Of a stretch of 64,000 nucleotides of DNA, positions 38,628 to 51,168 are shown piece after piece. The DNA is taken from positions 8,370,001 to 8,434,000 of the forward strand of contig NC_134031.1 of assembly GCF_964204645.1 (NCBI RefSeq), written 5' to 3'. Source of the DNA: Tubulanus polymorphus. Lineage: Eukaryota; Animalia; Nemertea. A program made the position numbers and the translations under genes. The notes under the pieces are model-generated. The model searched no databases. It was given only the letters and a program-made list of their open reading frames with translations, and was not told where the DNA came from. Numbering within the stretch: the stretch's first letter is position 1; each line of letters begins with the position of its first letter.

Positions 38628-39900
38628 AACTAGGGGTCCAGGGACACCATGCCCACTTGGGAAGTGGTTTCAAATACTCAACAATCTAACAATTTCAATA
38701 CATAACGCCCCCTAGTGACCATATACAAAAACCAATGACCTTGAAACCCACCACAATCATAGAACATGTCAGCAGCTATGAATTTGTTATTGATTGTGAT
38801 AACAAAATATGCCTCGTTACCAATTTAATATGGAAATACTAAGTTATTCTACGATTCAACGCATCCTGGTGACCATATGGAATAACTAATGTCCTTAAAA
38901 CTCACCAATATCATGGAAGATGTCATGAGCTACAACTTTGCAATTGATCTTGGTAACAAAATATGCCTAGGTACCAATCTAATAAGGAAATACTAAGCTA
39001 TTCTACTATTCAACGCCCCCTGGTGACTATATGGAATAACTAATGTCCTTAAAAACTCATCACAATCAAAGACGATGTCATGAACTACAACTTTGCAATT
39101 GATCATAGTAACAAAATATGCATAGGTACAAATATAATATAGAAATACTAAGTTATTGTATTACTCAACGCCCCCTGGTGGCCACATACAAAAACCAATG
39201 ACCTTGAAACTCACCAAAATCATAGATAACGTTATGGGCTACAACTTTCCAATTGAATATAGTAACATAATATGCTTAGGTATCAATTAAATGTGGAAAA
39301 ACTTTTTCCCACCTACGAATGAGTACTGATGACACAAGATGGCCGCCAATTGCGTCATAATTGGCTGATCAAAAATACCAGTCTCAGGTATAAAACATCC
39401 CTTTACAAAGAATACCCATCACAAATTGCAATGAGAAATGGCAAACCAGTAGGAAGCTACAGGACCTAGAATTCTGGCCAAAATTAACCTTTTTGGGCAC
39501 TAAAAAGGTCATAGGACGGCCAACTTGATTCAGATCGACCCAATTTTTCTTAAGCTGATGAACCCTTGGTAGATTCAAATATAAACGAAAGATCAAGGAA
39601 ATTGATCAAAGCGTCTACAAAATTTCCCTTGAAAACTCCGAAAATGTGTAAAAAGTGCTGATTTTGACAAACAACAATGGCTGCCAGTCGGCCAACTTAA
39701 ATCTGACAGGACCAGTTTTTGGGCTGAAGATGTGTCTAGGGTAGATACATGTATAGCCAAATATCAAGACATTACCTTGAAGCGTCTTCAAAACTTCCCA
39801 TAATTACTGGATTCCGTCTACGGACGGATGGATGGACGAATGGCCGGACGAAAAGTGAATGCAATAGCCCGCTGGGACTTAAGTCCCAAGTGGGCTAAAA
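38628..39900 (-). mobile_element. Full-length HINE/pearl-like family B element with four 154-bp tandem units
   Basis: Sub-TIR gcccacttgg/ccaagtgggc, terminal hairpin gggacttaagtccc and ggac/ggat microsatellite. Units start at 38704, 38858, 39012 and 39167. Confidence 0.85.
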
Positions 39901-40079
39901 CATGCCAGACACAGCCAACCTTCCACCCCCATCATTTTCTCAACTCATCTGGACAATTTGGAAAACTCATCTTTCTCATCACAAAAAGCGGGAAATTCTC
40001 ATCCCTTCGTAACCGCAGGTAAAAATTGCAGTTTCTATATAACCAAATAAATTTTCCTGCAGTGGAAGAATTTACTCAC

Positions 40080-40347
40080 CGCCGTAAGTAGAACATAATT
40101 CATGCGCGGTTGGAGGCCGATTAGGATCTTCACCTTCTCGTGGTTTTGGTAGATTCAATCCATAAAATGCTTCGAGTACTGAACGTGGAATCAAATCACA
40201 AACTCTACTGACTGGTGGTACATGATCTCTCATCTGATCAATTGGTAATATGCCATTTATTACCATATCTGCCTTAGTATTTACAAATGTAGGCATCACA
40301 AGTCCAGGGCAGTCACAGAGTAGTAAATCATTTTCAACAAATAATGT
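40080..40347 (-). CDS. LSG1: LSG1 exon (G3, DCPG)
   Basis: TLFVENDLLLCDCPGLVMPTFV...GILPIDQMRDHVPPV. Confidence 0.92.
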
Positions 40348-42702
40348 CTACAAGAAAAATACATTTACCAACCATTTAGATATTGTACATAAATCTTGTA
40401 TCTTATGAAAAAAGACCAGCCTCTTTTTCAGGTTTTAAGCTCCAACATTTTCCTAATCAGATTTTGACATAAGGTCCTGCTTCTAGAGCTGATTCGAGAT
40501 TGGGCATATTTTGGTTTACTCTTCCATTCTGTGAGTGGCTGGATCCGTATATCTGGTTTATTTGTGATGAAGTACAAGTCACGAAAGCTACAGCAGTTCA
40601 AAAGCAAAGTATCATAGCGAGAGAAGTTTTTATCTAAGGCCCTTCAAAATTGATACCTTGTTTCTCATCAAGCCGCCCGCGCCACTCCCGAAAGCCAAAA
40701 TAAAAAGAAAATAAATTGCCCATGGGCAAAGTGTGGTTTACCTTGAATGCTAGAGGTTGTTTAGAGCAAGGGCATTGCTCGAAAAATCTTTTTTTGTGAC
40801 TTCAAAATTCTACAAGTTTACACTGTATTTTATCTTTAAGAATTATTTTGTAGTCAAATAAGACCAAAGATATACATTTGTTGACGGTCCAGGTCCAAAA
40901 TTTCGTAGGCGCAGCAGGGAAACTATCTTATATTTTCAAAAAAATATTTTTCACAATATGAAAAAATATTCAAATAAAATTCATATTATGTCACCAATCA
41001 GAATATTGAGTCTTCGAAACCTCTTCCGATGAATGGCTGCAGAAGCTAAAATACCCGTACAGTAAGAAATTGGCGTATTAGAATTTTAGCGTTTTAAATC
41101 CTGGAATTTACCACAACAATATTCAGACCTCAACCTATATACCTACAGTTTGCTGCTTAGTATTTTCAGGTCACAAGAAATTACAATTTATTACGTCTAT
41201 CAAACAGAAAACACAGTGCTCATCTTCTGCTGAAATTCAGCCTTTTTTCATGTCAAACGTGCACGCGCCAAGCAGCGTTACAGCATCACCATATAGTAGT
41301 GTACTAGCTGTGCGAGCGCGTGATAGTGTGTGCAACAGTCTTGCGCAGGTGGAGGCCTTGTGTTAGTGAATGTTCGCTTACACTTCGATGTCAATCAAAA
41401 CAATCACCGGGTGTTAATATGAAACAATACCTATGGCGGATATGTGAAATAATTATATTTTCACCAGCAATGAGCATTTGAAATTCGCACGTTTACAGCA
41501 CCTAGTCCAATCAAACGTTCGCCATTTTGGCTTTCCCATAATTATTTTAGTAGCGCCGGAATTCCCCAATCACATTCGCTCGTAGAGACGACGCCCCCAA
41601 TTAAGGTCATTGCAATTTTATACGCAAGAGCTAAGAATTTTCCCGCCAAAAACAAGTTTTTCGGCGAATTTTAACTGAGTTGACCATGTCATCGATGGAG
41701 GTTCACCATGTGTTCAATGGCATTAATTATACGTCATTTAGGCCGAGAACGAATTAAACAAATGCTCACATAAAAAAACGTACCGCAAATTTAGTTGGAG
41801 AGCCTGCCTGGTTTGAATTACACTATTGAGTACGAAAGGTTTGATAATCTCAATGAAGAGTGTATATGATGGCTTTCACAAATCGGGATTTCTTGCATGT
41901 TTGGGTCGGGGCTTTAAGGGGCCAGGGGCACCCTAAAACTCCCAAAATTAGGCTCCAATTACATATTTGAGTACGAAGCTGAAACTTGCACACATCTTTC
42001 CTTTTGGGCCACTGGTTTCGGAAAGTCAAGTCCATGAAATTTTTTTGGGGCCATTGCGTAATAAGAAATGGGGTCATATAGGGGTCAAAGTGGGTCCAAT
42101 TACAATTTTGAGTACGAGTTTGAAATTAGTGCCATTCTACTAGTTTTCATATGCTGATTTCAAATATATAACGTAAGAAATGATATTTTGGGCCACTTTC
42201 AAATAAGAAGGGGTCAAACTTTCAAAAGGTCAAAGGTCAATGAAATGTATTTCAATTACACTTTTGAGTACGAATTCGAAATTAGTGTCATTTTACTAAT
42301 TTCTGTATGCTGATTTCAAATACATAATGTAAGAAATATTTTGGGCCATTTTCAAATAAGACGGGGTCAAACCCCCGAAAGGCTGAAATATTAACTGTTA
42401 GTCAACAGCCGAAACATTGTGGTTTCAAAATAATTAATTCTATCGTATAATATAATTCGAAGTGTGAGATTGCTTCGTTTATCAATGACACGTATTTTCA
42501 ATTAAACTTCTGAGTACGAGTTCAGAAAATCAGGAAAAACAGTGCAAGACATTCACCTACCAGAGTATATTGATTTTTACGTGTATGACCCACTTTTTTT
42601 CTACTGCAAGGAAGTTTGTTAAACACATAGCTACCTATTAAGACAATGAACTCTTAGGATGTGTATTCACACTATGGGCATTGAGAAATGATAGCAAATA
42701 TT

Positions 42703-45700
42703 ATGGCATCTGAAGCTGGCACTAATGGTGAGTAATCATTCATAATCCTAAATACTGGTTAATAAAAATGTATTTGAATATATTCAGACTTAGAATCCCA
42801 ATTTGTTGTTGTTCACTAAAGGCCCAACCTAGGTTAAATGATATCATGATTCAGGTACCTAGATACTATGTTTCACTTTCACAAATTTCTTTTACAGGAA
42901 ATGATGACCCTAGTGAGGTATGTCATATCTGCTTTAAGCCATCAGATAATTTAAAAAGATGGTCTGATACAACTTGGCAGTCATTCAATCGTTCTGCTGA
43001 TGTGAGACGCCATATGCGGAGCTATGATACCTCAATTTATCATAATGCTATTGAAAAGAAGCCGCATCATTTACCGACTATTGGTGGTTATCACAGTAGG
43101 TGTTATAAGAACTTCACAGCTATTTCAAGTAGAAGTGCCCAGTCACCTGGGGATGAAAATAATGTTCCTGAGCAAAGATTGTTACGAAGTTTATCACCCC
43201 ATCCATCTACCAGTCAACGAGAAACTACAAGTACTGTTGGCATTTTTCCTGACGCTTGTTTATTTTGTGATAAGCAGTGTAAGAAATCAGGGGGCAAAAG
43301 AGAGTATCTTGGTCAAATACAAACAAAATCTGCAGAGGAAACTATCCGCCAAATAGTTAGCACATTGAATCTTCAATCTGTAGCAGTAAAAATCGCTGGA
43401 GTCGACTTGATCGCTAAGGAGGCAAAAGTACATCACAGCTGTCGTGCTGCTCTGATCAGCAAGCTCAGTCGTATAAAAAAGTTACCTACTATTGATGAAG
43501 AAGTAGAACCAATTGACAATAAAATTCCTCTGGATAATACATATGACGATGTTAAACAAAAAATCATAAATGAAAAGCGTCCAGAATTACTACTTTCTGT
43601 TTATAATAGGTACATAGACTTTTGTAATGACATGGAACTTAATGGCTCCCCAATAACTAAAGTACAATATTTTGGAGAATTGTTGTTGCGTAGATTCCGT
43701 AATCAGATAAAGTTTCATACCCCTGGATGACCTTTTGAATACAGAAGATTTTCTGAAGGTGTTTGATGTTTATGCCAAGTTTACAGGAGAAACTCTTAAT
43801 GGAAATTTAGGCAAAACGGCCCAGTTTTGTATGAAGTATGTAGAGTATGTCCATTTATTTCTAATGCTGGATCGTTCAGTCAGAGAATCTGACATCGATC
43901 TATACATACAGTGTTTATCAAGAGCGACTGACCTTTTCTTTGCAACAAACCGCCATAACTATGCCAGATGGATTGCAAAGCATCAACTCGACCTCATGAA
44001 TATTGAAAACACCCACCCTGGATTGAAGCAGTTACTGGCCGATGGATTGTTCAGCATACGTCGCACGGATAACGACTTTAATCGTCTTCCTGAGTCAATG
44101 CTGATGCTGCGTCAAGGATGACTAGGTTAAGGTGGAGTTACCAAGTTTTGCCGTGCAGCACTAATTGGAGAAACATTACAAATGGCTGGCATGACAAAGA
44201 ACAATGATTCTCACTGCGACCTGGCGAAAGGCAGACTTCAGCGTGACAACCAAGATGTCCAAAAGATCATGCAAACTATCGGATCAACAGCCAATCCTTT
44301 TCAACTGAATACTCCAGAGCATTTGATAAACATTCATACTGGTAAGAGTGCTGAATAAATTGCCCATGGGCAAAGTGTGGTTTACCTTGAAAGCTAGAGG
44401 TTGTTTGGGGTAAGGGCATTGAAAAATCTTTTTAATTCGTGACTTCAAAGTTCTATCTTGTATTTCATCTTTCTCAAAGAATTATTTTGTAGTCAAATAA
44501 GACCAAAAATATACATTTCGTAGGGTACAGGTAGGCGCGGCAGAGAAACTATTTTATATTTTCAAAGAAATATTTTTCACAATATGAAAAAATATTCAAA
44601 TAAAATTCATATGATGTCACATATCAGAGGGTGGCTGAATATTTAGTCTTGGAAACCTCTTCCAATGTATGGCCGCGGAATCTAAACCGGCGCAGTAAGA
44701 AATCGGCGTATTAGATCGTTTTAAATCCTGGAATTTACTACTACAATATTCAGAGCTCGACCTATACTTGTAGTTTGCAGCTTAATATTTTCAGGTCACA
44801 AGAAATTACAATTAATTATAAATTATATCAAACAGAAAACATAGCGCTCATCTTCTGATGAAATATCAGACGCGCCAGCAAGCAGCGTTTACAGTATCAC
44901 TATAGTAGTGTATACTGTACGATATGCAACAGTCAGCGCTCTGCGCGCACGTGGAGGCCTTGTGTAAGTGAATGTTCGCTTGCACTTCAGTGTCAATCAA
45001 ATCAATTACTGGGTATTAAAATGAAACAATACCTATGGCGGATAATAATAACATTCTCATCAGCAATGAGCATTTGAAATTTGCACGTAATACGACACCT
45101 AGTCCAATGAAACGTTCGCCATTCAATGGCTTTCCCATAATTATTTTAGTAGCGCCGGAATTCTCCGTATATCCCAAAAACAGCCAATCACATTCGCTCG
45201 TAGAGACAACGCCCCCCAATCGAGGTCATTGCAATTTTATACGCGAGAGCTAAGAATTTTCCCGCCAAAAACAGTTTATCGTAGAATTTTAACAAAGTTG
45301 ACCATGTACATCGACGGAGGTTCGTCATGTCTTCATGCGCATCGTTTATACGTCGTTTAACCCGAGATCCAATGAAACAAATGCTCACATAAAAAAACGT
45401 ACCGCAATTTTACATGAAATTGGCTCAATGCCAACTTCATATCGCTGACAAAGGTAAACCAAAAAGAGGTTGCACAGTGTCTTCTTGGCATCGATGATCA
45501 AGGGAAAAAGTTAGATGATGACTTTGTCAAAGAATGTAACGAGGATGAGAAAAGATTCGAAGCAGTTATAAAAATAAACAAACTCACAACATTTGTAAAA
45601 CAAGGAGCTAAAAACAGATTGTCGCAGAACCCTATCGTAAGAGAACTTCGCTGCACATGAGACATGTTCGGGAGATTGGCATTTATAGCTGCTGAACACG

Positions 45701-47107
45701 AAGTTGATTTACAGTACCTGTTGTCCTTTCCACTGACACCGGTTCCATTATCTTTATGCCACATGGATGGAACTATGGTACACACTGATAAGAGCTCACT
45801 GTTTTCAATCCTTGAAGGAAAAGTGACCCATGGCTGCCCAATAGATGTTAAGGCACAAGTTATTGACGAAAACTTCTTGCTCCATTGTCTTTCCCCAAAT
45901 CTACCTCCTACATATGGTGGACTTGCTCGATCTATTCTCGTATCAGCACTTGCTAGATCACCTCATCGTGCGGATATCGTATTTGATACGTATGAGGAAC
46001 TGTGGATAAAGGGGCTAGAACATGAACGGAGAGGCGCAGAAGATACCGTATTTGTCATTACCGGTCCAGATCAGGTGAGGCCAAAGGACCTCAACAAAGC
46101 TCTCAGGTCGAAATCATTCAAGAAACAACTTCCAGAGTTTTTGATGAAAGAATGGGCATCTCAGCATTATGGAAATTTACTAAAAGATAAAGTAGTTTAC
46201 TTGGGTGTTGGTCAAGTGTGTTCACGGTTCTACGTTGACGGTGGTAAAGTCATGAAACAAGATGTCCCGGAATTATACTGCAATCATCCAGAGGCTGATA
46301 CGAAGATATGTCTGCATTCAGTTCATGCTGATGGTATTGAAGGTAGAGGAGATTTGATAGTAAGGGCTGCTGATACTGACATACTGGTCATCCTTCTTCA
46401 CCATGTCCATCGATTTAAATCGGGCCTGTGGATGGATATTGGAACAACAGGAAAGAGGAATCGTCGATTTGTCAATGTGAGAGCAATAGCTGATGAAATT
46501 GGTAGACCATTCACTGATGCGTTGCCTGGTTTTCATTCATACACTGGGTGTGATTACACAGCAGCCTTTCTTCGGAAAGGTAAGAAGAGGCCGTTCTGTA
46601 TTCTTGAGAAAGATGTCCAATACCTCACAGCTCTATCAGCATTGGCAAATGCAGATCTGAGTAATGATGTCATCAAGATGCTCCAGGACTATACATGTGC
46701 AATCTATGGGTCTCGAAGATCCGTTCCCATCAACGACCACAGATATGCAATGTTCGAGAAAGCTTTTGCACCTAAAAGTATAGATAATCCTCTTGCCCGA
46801 GTAAAAGGGATTGATGCTAGCTGCCAACCTCCTTGTGCGCAAGTTTTAGAACAGAAGATAAAGAGAGCAGCATTTGTAGCCAAAATGTGGCATGACGCTT
46901 ACAAACAAATCATTGTGAAGGTACCACAGTGTGGTTGGCGGTTTAAAAGAAACTTACTATGAGATCATCTGGCTCTCTAGGGAACAAATGCCAGATTCAG
47001 TAGTTCCGAAAGAAACACAAGACACTGATAGTGAAACTGAGGATGAAAAAAGTGAGTGTAATTCATCAGAATCAGAACAAGAAGCAGACAGTGACAATGA
47101 CAATTAG
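42703..47107 (+). pseudogene. Academ transposase/XPG-nuclease gene, disrupted
   Basis: Probable mini-exon 42703-42727 spliced in frame to 42898. Cys/His N-terminal motifs (YHSRCYKNFT, CLFCDK, DLIAKEAKVHHSC), LFFATNRHNYARW, and the nuclease ORF 45664-46962. Probable internal deletion near 43730, stops, frameshifts and a HINE insertion. Confidence 0.8.
44355..45463 (-). mobile_element. Intact HINE family A copy inside the Academ ORF
   Basis: Removing it rejoins HTGKSA(E/K)..EVAQCLL. Inserted in an A run with no TSD; both termini present. Confidence 0.88.
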
Positions 47108-48859
47108 GATTTTATCAGGTTGAATGAGATCTTTATGGTTGTACATACTAGGTACCATAATAGCGAGGTACTCATACTTCATACAATACTTATGATGTTG
47201 TTCACTATAATTCTATAGAAATACATAGTGTCTTTTGGTTTAGAAATCGTCCGAAGAGAGGTTAAGATTTATTTTATTCTCTTGTACACATATTTCATAC
47301 AATACGACTTGTTCTATTTTATCTTAAATGTTTAATATTAGAGCATTATCATCAGATATTTAGAGTTTGTGAATATATCTTGTGTTCTTTTAAAGCTGTT
47401 TTGTTGGTTTACTTATTCTACTCTAAGGATTTTAAAGAAATTGAACATGCCTGAAAAATTGACTGAAGTATTATGTCCAAGGTGAGCTTTGTTGGTTATG
47501 AGTATGACCCCTGACGTGTAGGCATACTTCTTATTCCAATGATTCAAAATACGATTTATCGTGTTACATGCATTTTCCAGAGAACAAATTTACTCAATCT
47601 AACTAAAATTCATTGAAGACAATTCTTTATAATGCCAAATTTGTTATAATGTATTCGAAATCAGCATATCGAAATTCGTATAATGACACTTATTTCGAAC
47701 TCGTACTCAGAAGTGTAATCGAAAATACACGTCATTAATATTTCAGCCTTTTGGGGGTTTGACTCCTTCTTATTTGAAAATGGCCCAAAATATCATTTCT
47801 TACATTTTGTATTTGAAATCAGCATACAGAAATTAGTAAAATGACACTAATTTCGAATTCGTACTCAAAAGTGTAATTGAAATACATTTCATTGACCTTT
47901 GACCTTTTGAGAGTTTGACCCCTTCTTATTTGAAAATGGCCCAAAATATCATTTCTTACATTATGTATTTGAAATCAGCATACAGAAATTAGTAAAATGA
48001 CACTAATTTCGAATTCGTACTCAAAAGTGTAATTGAAATACATTTCATTGACCTTTGACCTTTTGAAAGTTTGACCCCTTCTTATTTGAAAGTGGCCCAA
48101 AATATCATTTCTTACGTTATATATTTGAAATCAGCGTATGAAAACTAGTAGAATGGCACTAATTTCAAACTCGTACTCAAAATTGTAATTGGACCCACTT
48201 TGACCCCTATATGACCCCATTTCTTATTACGCAATGGCCCCAAAAAAATTTCTTGGACTTGACTTTCCGAAACCAGTGGCCCAAAAGGAATGATGTGTGC
48301 AAGTTTCAGCTTCGTACTCAAATGTGTAATTGGAGCCTAATTTTGGGAGTTTTAGGGTGCCCCTGGCCCCTTAAAGCTCCAACCCAAACATGCAAGAAAT
48401 CACGATTTGTGAAAGCTATCATATATACTCTTCATTGAGATTATCAAACCTTTCGTACTCAATAGTGTAATTCAAACCAGGCAGGCTCTCTAACTACTTC
48501 ATATCGCTGACAAAGGTAATCCAAAAATAAAGTCCGAAACCAGCGTCAGATTGTTGTGTATTAGTGATATTCCCGGCCGGTGACCCTGGAGATTATATGC
48601 CATTTTAGACTGCATTTGTTTGAAATTGTGCAGTTAAGGATGTTTTAGATAAAGAAAATAAACAAATGAACATGTCTTGGTGCTGCCCACCTTCTGTGGA
48701 TTGAGACTCTTGAAAAACCCTCGTCTTATATCAGTATTACACAGTGAAAGATTTTTGGATTTAAACACAAAAACCTCCCTCCCTCGTCTCCTAGTAAAAT
48801 ATGAAAATGTGGTAGCCAGTATTTTCATTGCAGCTATTAGCTCAACTTGCTTCATGGTT

Positions 48860-49555
48860 GTATTGTGCTGCCCTCTGAGGAACACCTGATATCAGCTGAC
48901 CAGATCAGTTTTGCCTGGTCATTGTGAGAATCAGGTTGATGTAATAAACTTCATGATCATATGGTTCATGCTCGTTTTGTTATTTAATATTCAGGTAAGA
49001 TCATAATCTTCTTGAATTTATTATGAATATATGTCTGTGATTTTGTGGTGCATGTGAGCTGAGGGTTCCTGGGATAATTTTGGGAATCATTTATATTGAA
49101 TTATATGCATTTTTCTAATTGATCTGAAACTCCCGGGTTATGCTGGATCGTACTGGTAGGTGGAGACATTGTCTGTTAATTTGTATGAATTGTTGTTATC
49201 ATTGATGTCTGTGTGTTCTAGGTTTAAGTTTATATAAATAAGTAACAGATTATAATATCAAATGCAAAGTGTTTTATCTAGTCAGTAGAAGAAATTAAAT
49301 GTTGATTAAATGTGAATGAATAAATTATTAATGTCGGTGTAAATAGCAGATCAGTTTTGCCTGGTCATTGTGAGAATCAGGTTGATGTAATAAACTTCAT
49401 GATCATATGGTTCATGCTCGTTTTGTTATTTAATATTCAGGTTGTTGTCCCGGATGGTGAGCAGTCAACTGTGAGGATTTTGTCGCTGTTTCTTCGAGAA
49501 ATCCAGTCGTCGAGGCCTCTTTAATCAGTAACCCGCGCATGCTTTATTTTGCGGT
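48860..49555 (-). mobile_element. Probable Penelope-like element remnant with a 96-bp perfect direct repeat
   Basis: 48901-48996 is identical to 49347-49442. Minus-strand LLIKEA near 49520 resembles the end of a GIY-YIG domain. Confidence 0.4.
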
Positions 49556-49610
49556 TACGACAAAAATAAGAGTTTACTTCCACTTTTTTATTTTAAAAAA
49601 GCTCATAACC

Positions 49611-51168
49611 AAACTAGGGGTCCAGGGACACCACACCCACTTGGAAAGTGGTTTCAAATGCTCAACAATCTTACAATTTCAATAATCAACGCTCCCTGGT
49701 GACCATATACAAAAACCAATGACCTTGAAACTCACCACAATCAAAGAACATGTCAGCAGCTACAATTCTGATATCCATTGTGATAACAATATATGCTTCC
49801 TTACCAACATAATATGGAAATACAAAGTTATTATGCTATTCAACACCCAATAGTGGCCATATGCAAAAACCAATGACATTGAAACTCACCACAATCATAG
49901 AACATGTTTTGAGCTACAACTTTCCAATTGATTGTGGTAGCAAAATATGCTTAGGTATCAATATAATCTGGAAAAACTTTTTTCACCTACGAAAGAATAC
50001 TGATGCAGACCTGTCAACCCTGAATTTTTTTTTCAAGTAACACATCTAAATTTTAAGTATTTTCAGAAATTTCTAAGGAACCAACCTTTCAACTGGTAAT
50101 TTTCATGAAAAATAAGTAATTTCCTTAACTAAACACAAAAAACAAAATTTCATCTATCAAAATCAATGTTTTTTTTTGGTTGGACCTTCTTCTGTAGGTT
50201 CTGTCTCGAGTTCAGAATCGTGTGTGTCACTAGGCTCAGATTGAGATGATGGATCTGAAGAGAACTCGGCATCAGACATGACAGAATTATGCACACCAAA
50301 CACCATTTTCAATTCTACATAGATGGCAGTAGCTGACGAAACTTCACAATGGCGGGTCACAAAGTAGTTCAGTGTTGCGCCAAAGATCGTTAGAAATTTA
50401 TTCTGGCATGATTTACGGCAAAAGTAAGTAAATGAACAATATGACGACTTTTATTTGCATAATAAATGATGATTACTTAAATGTTACGCAAAAAAATTTC
50501 CCAGATTTTGAAATTAAATGAGATATGTAACATTTCTGGAAAAGCGTAACACCGTAATTTCACTTTAATTTACGTAACCATTCCGGGAAAAACCGAATGG
50601 TTGGCAGCTCTGCTGATGACACCAAGATGGCCGCCAATTGCATGATAATTGGCAATTGGCTGATTAAAAATACCTGTCTCAGGTATTAAAGATACCTTTC
50701 CATAGAATAGCCACCACAAATTGCAATGAAAAATGACAAACCAGTAGGAAGCTAGTGGACTCAGAATTCAGGCCAAGATTGACAATTTTGAAAATGGTTA
50801 CAGGATGGCCATCTTGAGTCCGATCGGCCCAATTTTTCTTATGCTGATGGGCGCTTGGAGGATACATTGATCAAAACTTCTTTCAAAATTTCCTTCGGAA
50901 ACTTGAAAAATGTGTTAAAAGTGCCGATTTTGGTGAACAACAATGGATGGCAGTTTGCCATCTTGAATCTGATAGGGCCAGTTTTTGGGTTGAAGATGTT
51001 TCTACGGTGGATACACGTGTAACCCAAATTTAAAGACATTACATTGAAGTGTCTTCAAAACTTCCCAAAGTAACTGGATTCCAACTACGGATGAACGGAC
51101 ACTATGACGGACGACGGACGAAAAGTGAATGCAAAAGCCTGCTTGAACTTAAGTCCCAAGTGGGCTTA
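49611..51168 (-). mobile_element. HINE family B copy (two units) with a nested TIR element
   Basis: Both termini present; units at 49688 and 49842. Confidence 0.8.
50006..50612 (-). mobile_element. CAG-terminated TIR element (hAT-like), copy 2, perfect 6-bp TSD
   Basis: ctgatg|cagacctgtcaacc ... ggttggcagctctg|ctgatg. Confidence 0.85.

Larger units (their letters stand above)
41792..48496 (+). mobile_element. Academ (AcademX-type) DNA transposon, defective
   Basis: TIRs over 600 bp beginning TAGTT(G/A)GAGAGCCTGCCTGG. Internal frames encode an XPG/FEN1-like nuclease (NHPEADT, DTDI, ALPGFHSYTGCD...GK). Confidence 0.85.
40710..48527 (-). mobile_element. HINE family A copy split by the Academ element (40710-41791 and 48497-48527)
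   Basis: Palindrome ttgcccatgggcaa, sub-TIR tggtttacctt/aaggtaa(a/t)cca; colinear with the intact copy at 44355-45463. Confidence 0.85.

Noticed and set aside
38700-39290. Regularly spaced repeats as a CRISPR array
   Set aside because: These are head-to-tail 154-bp units without unique spacers, in a eukaryotic intron, with no cas genes.
41850-48438. Near-identical 75-aa ORFs on opposite strands (41850-42077 and 48211-48438)
   Set aside because: They are a by-product of the Academ TIRs, not genes.
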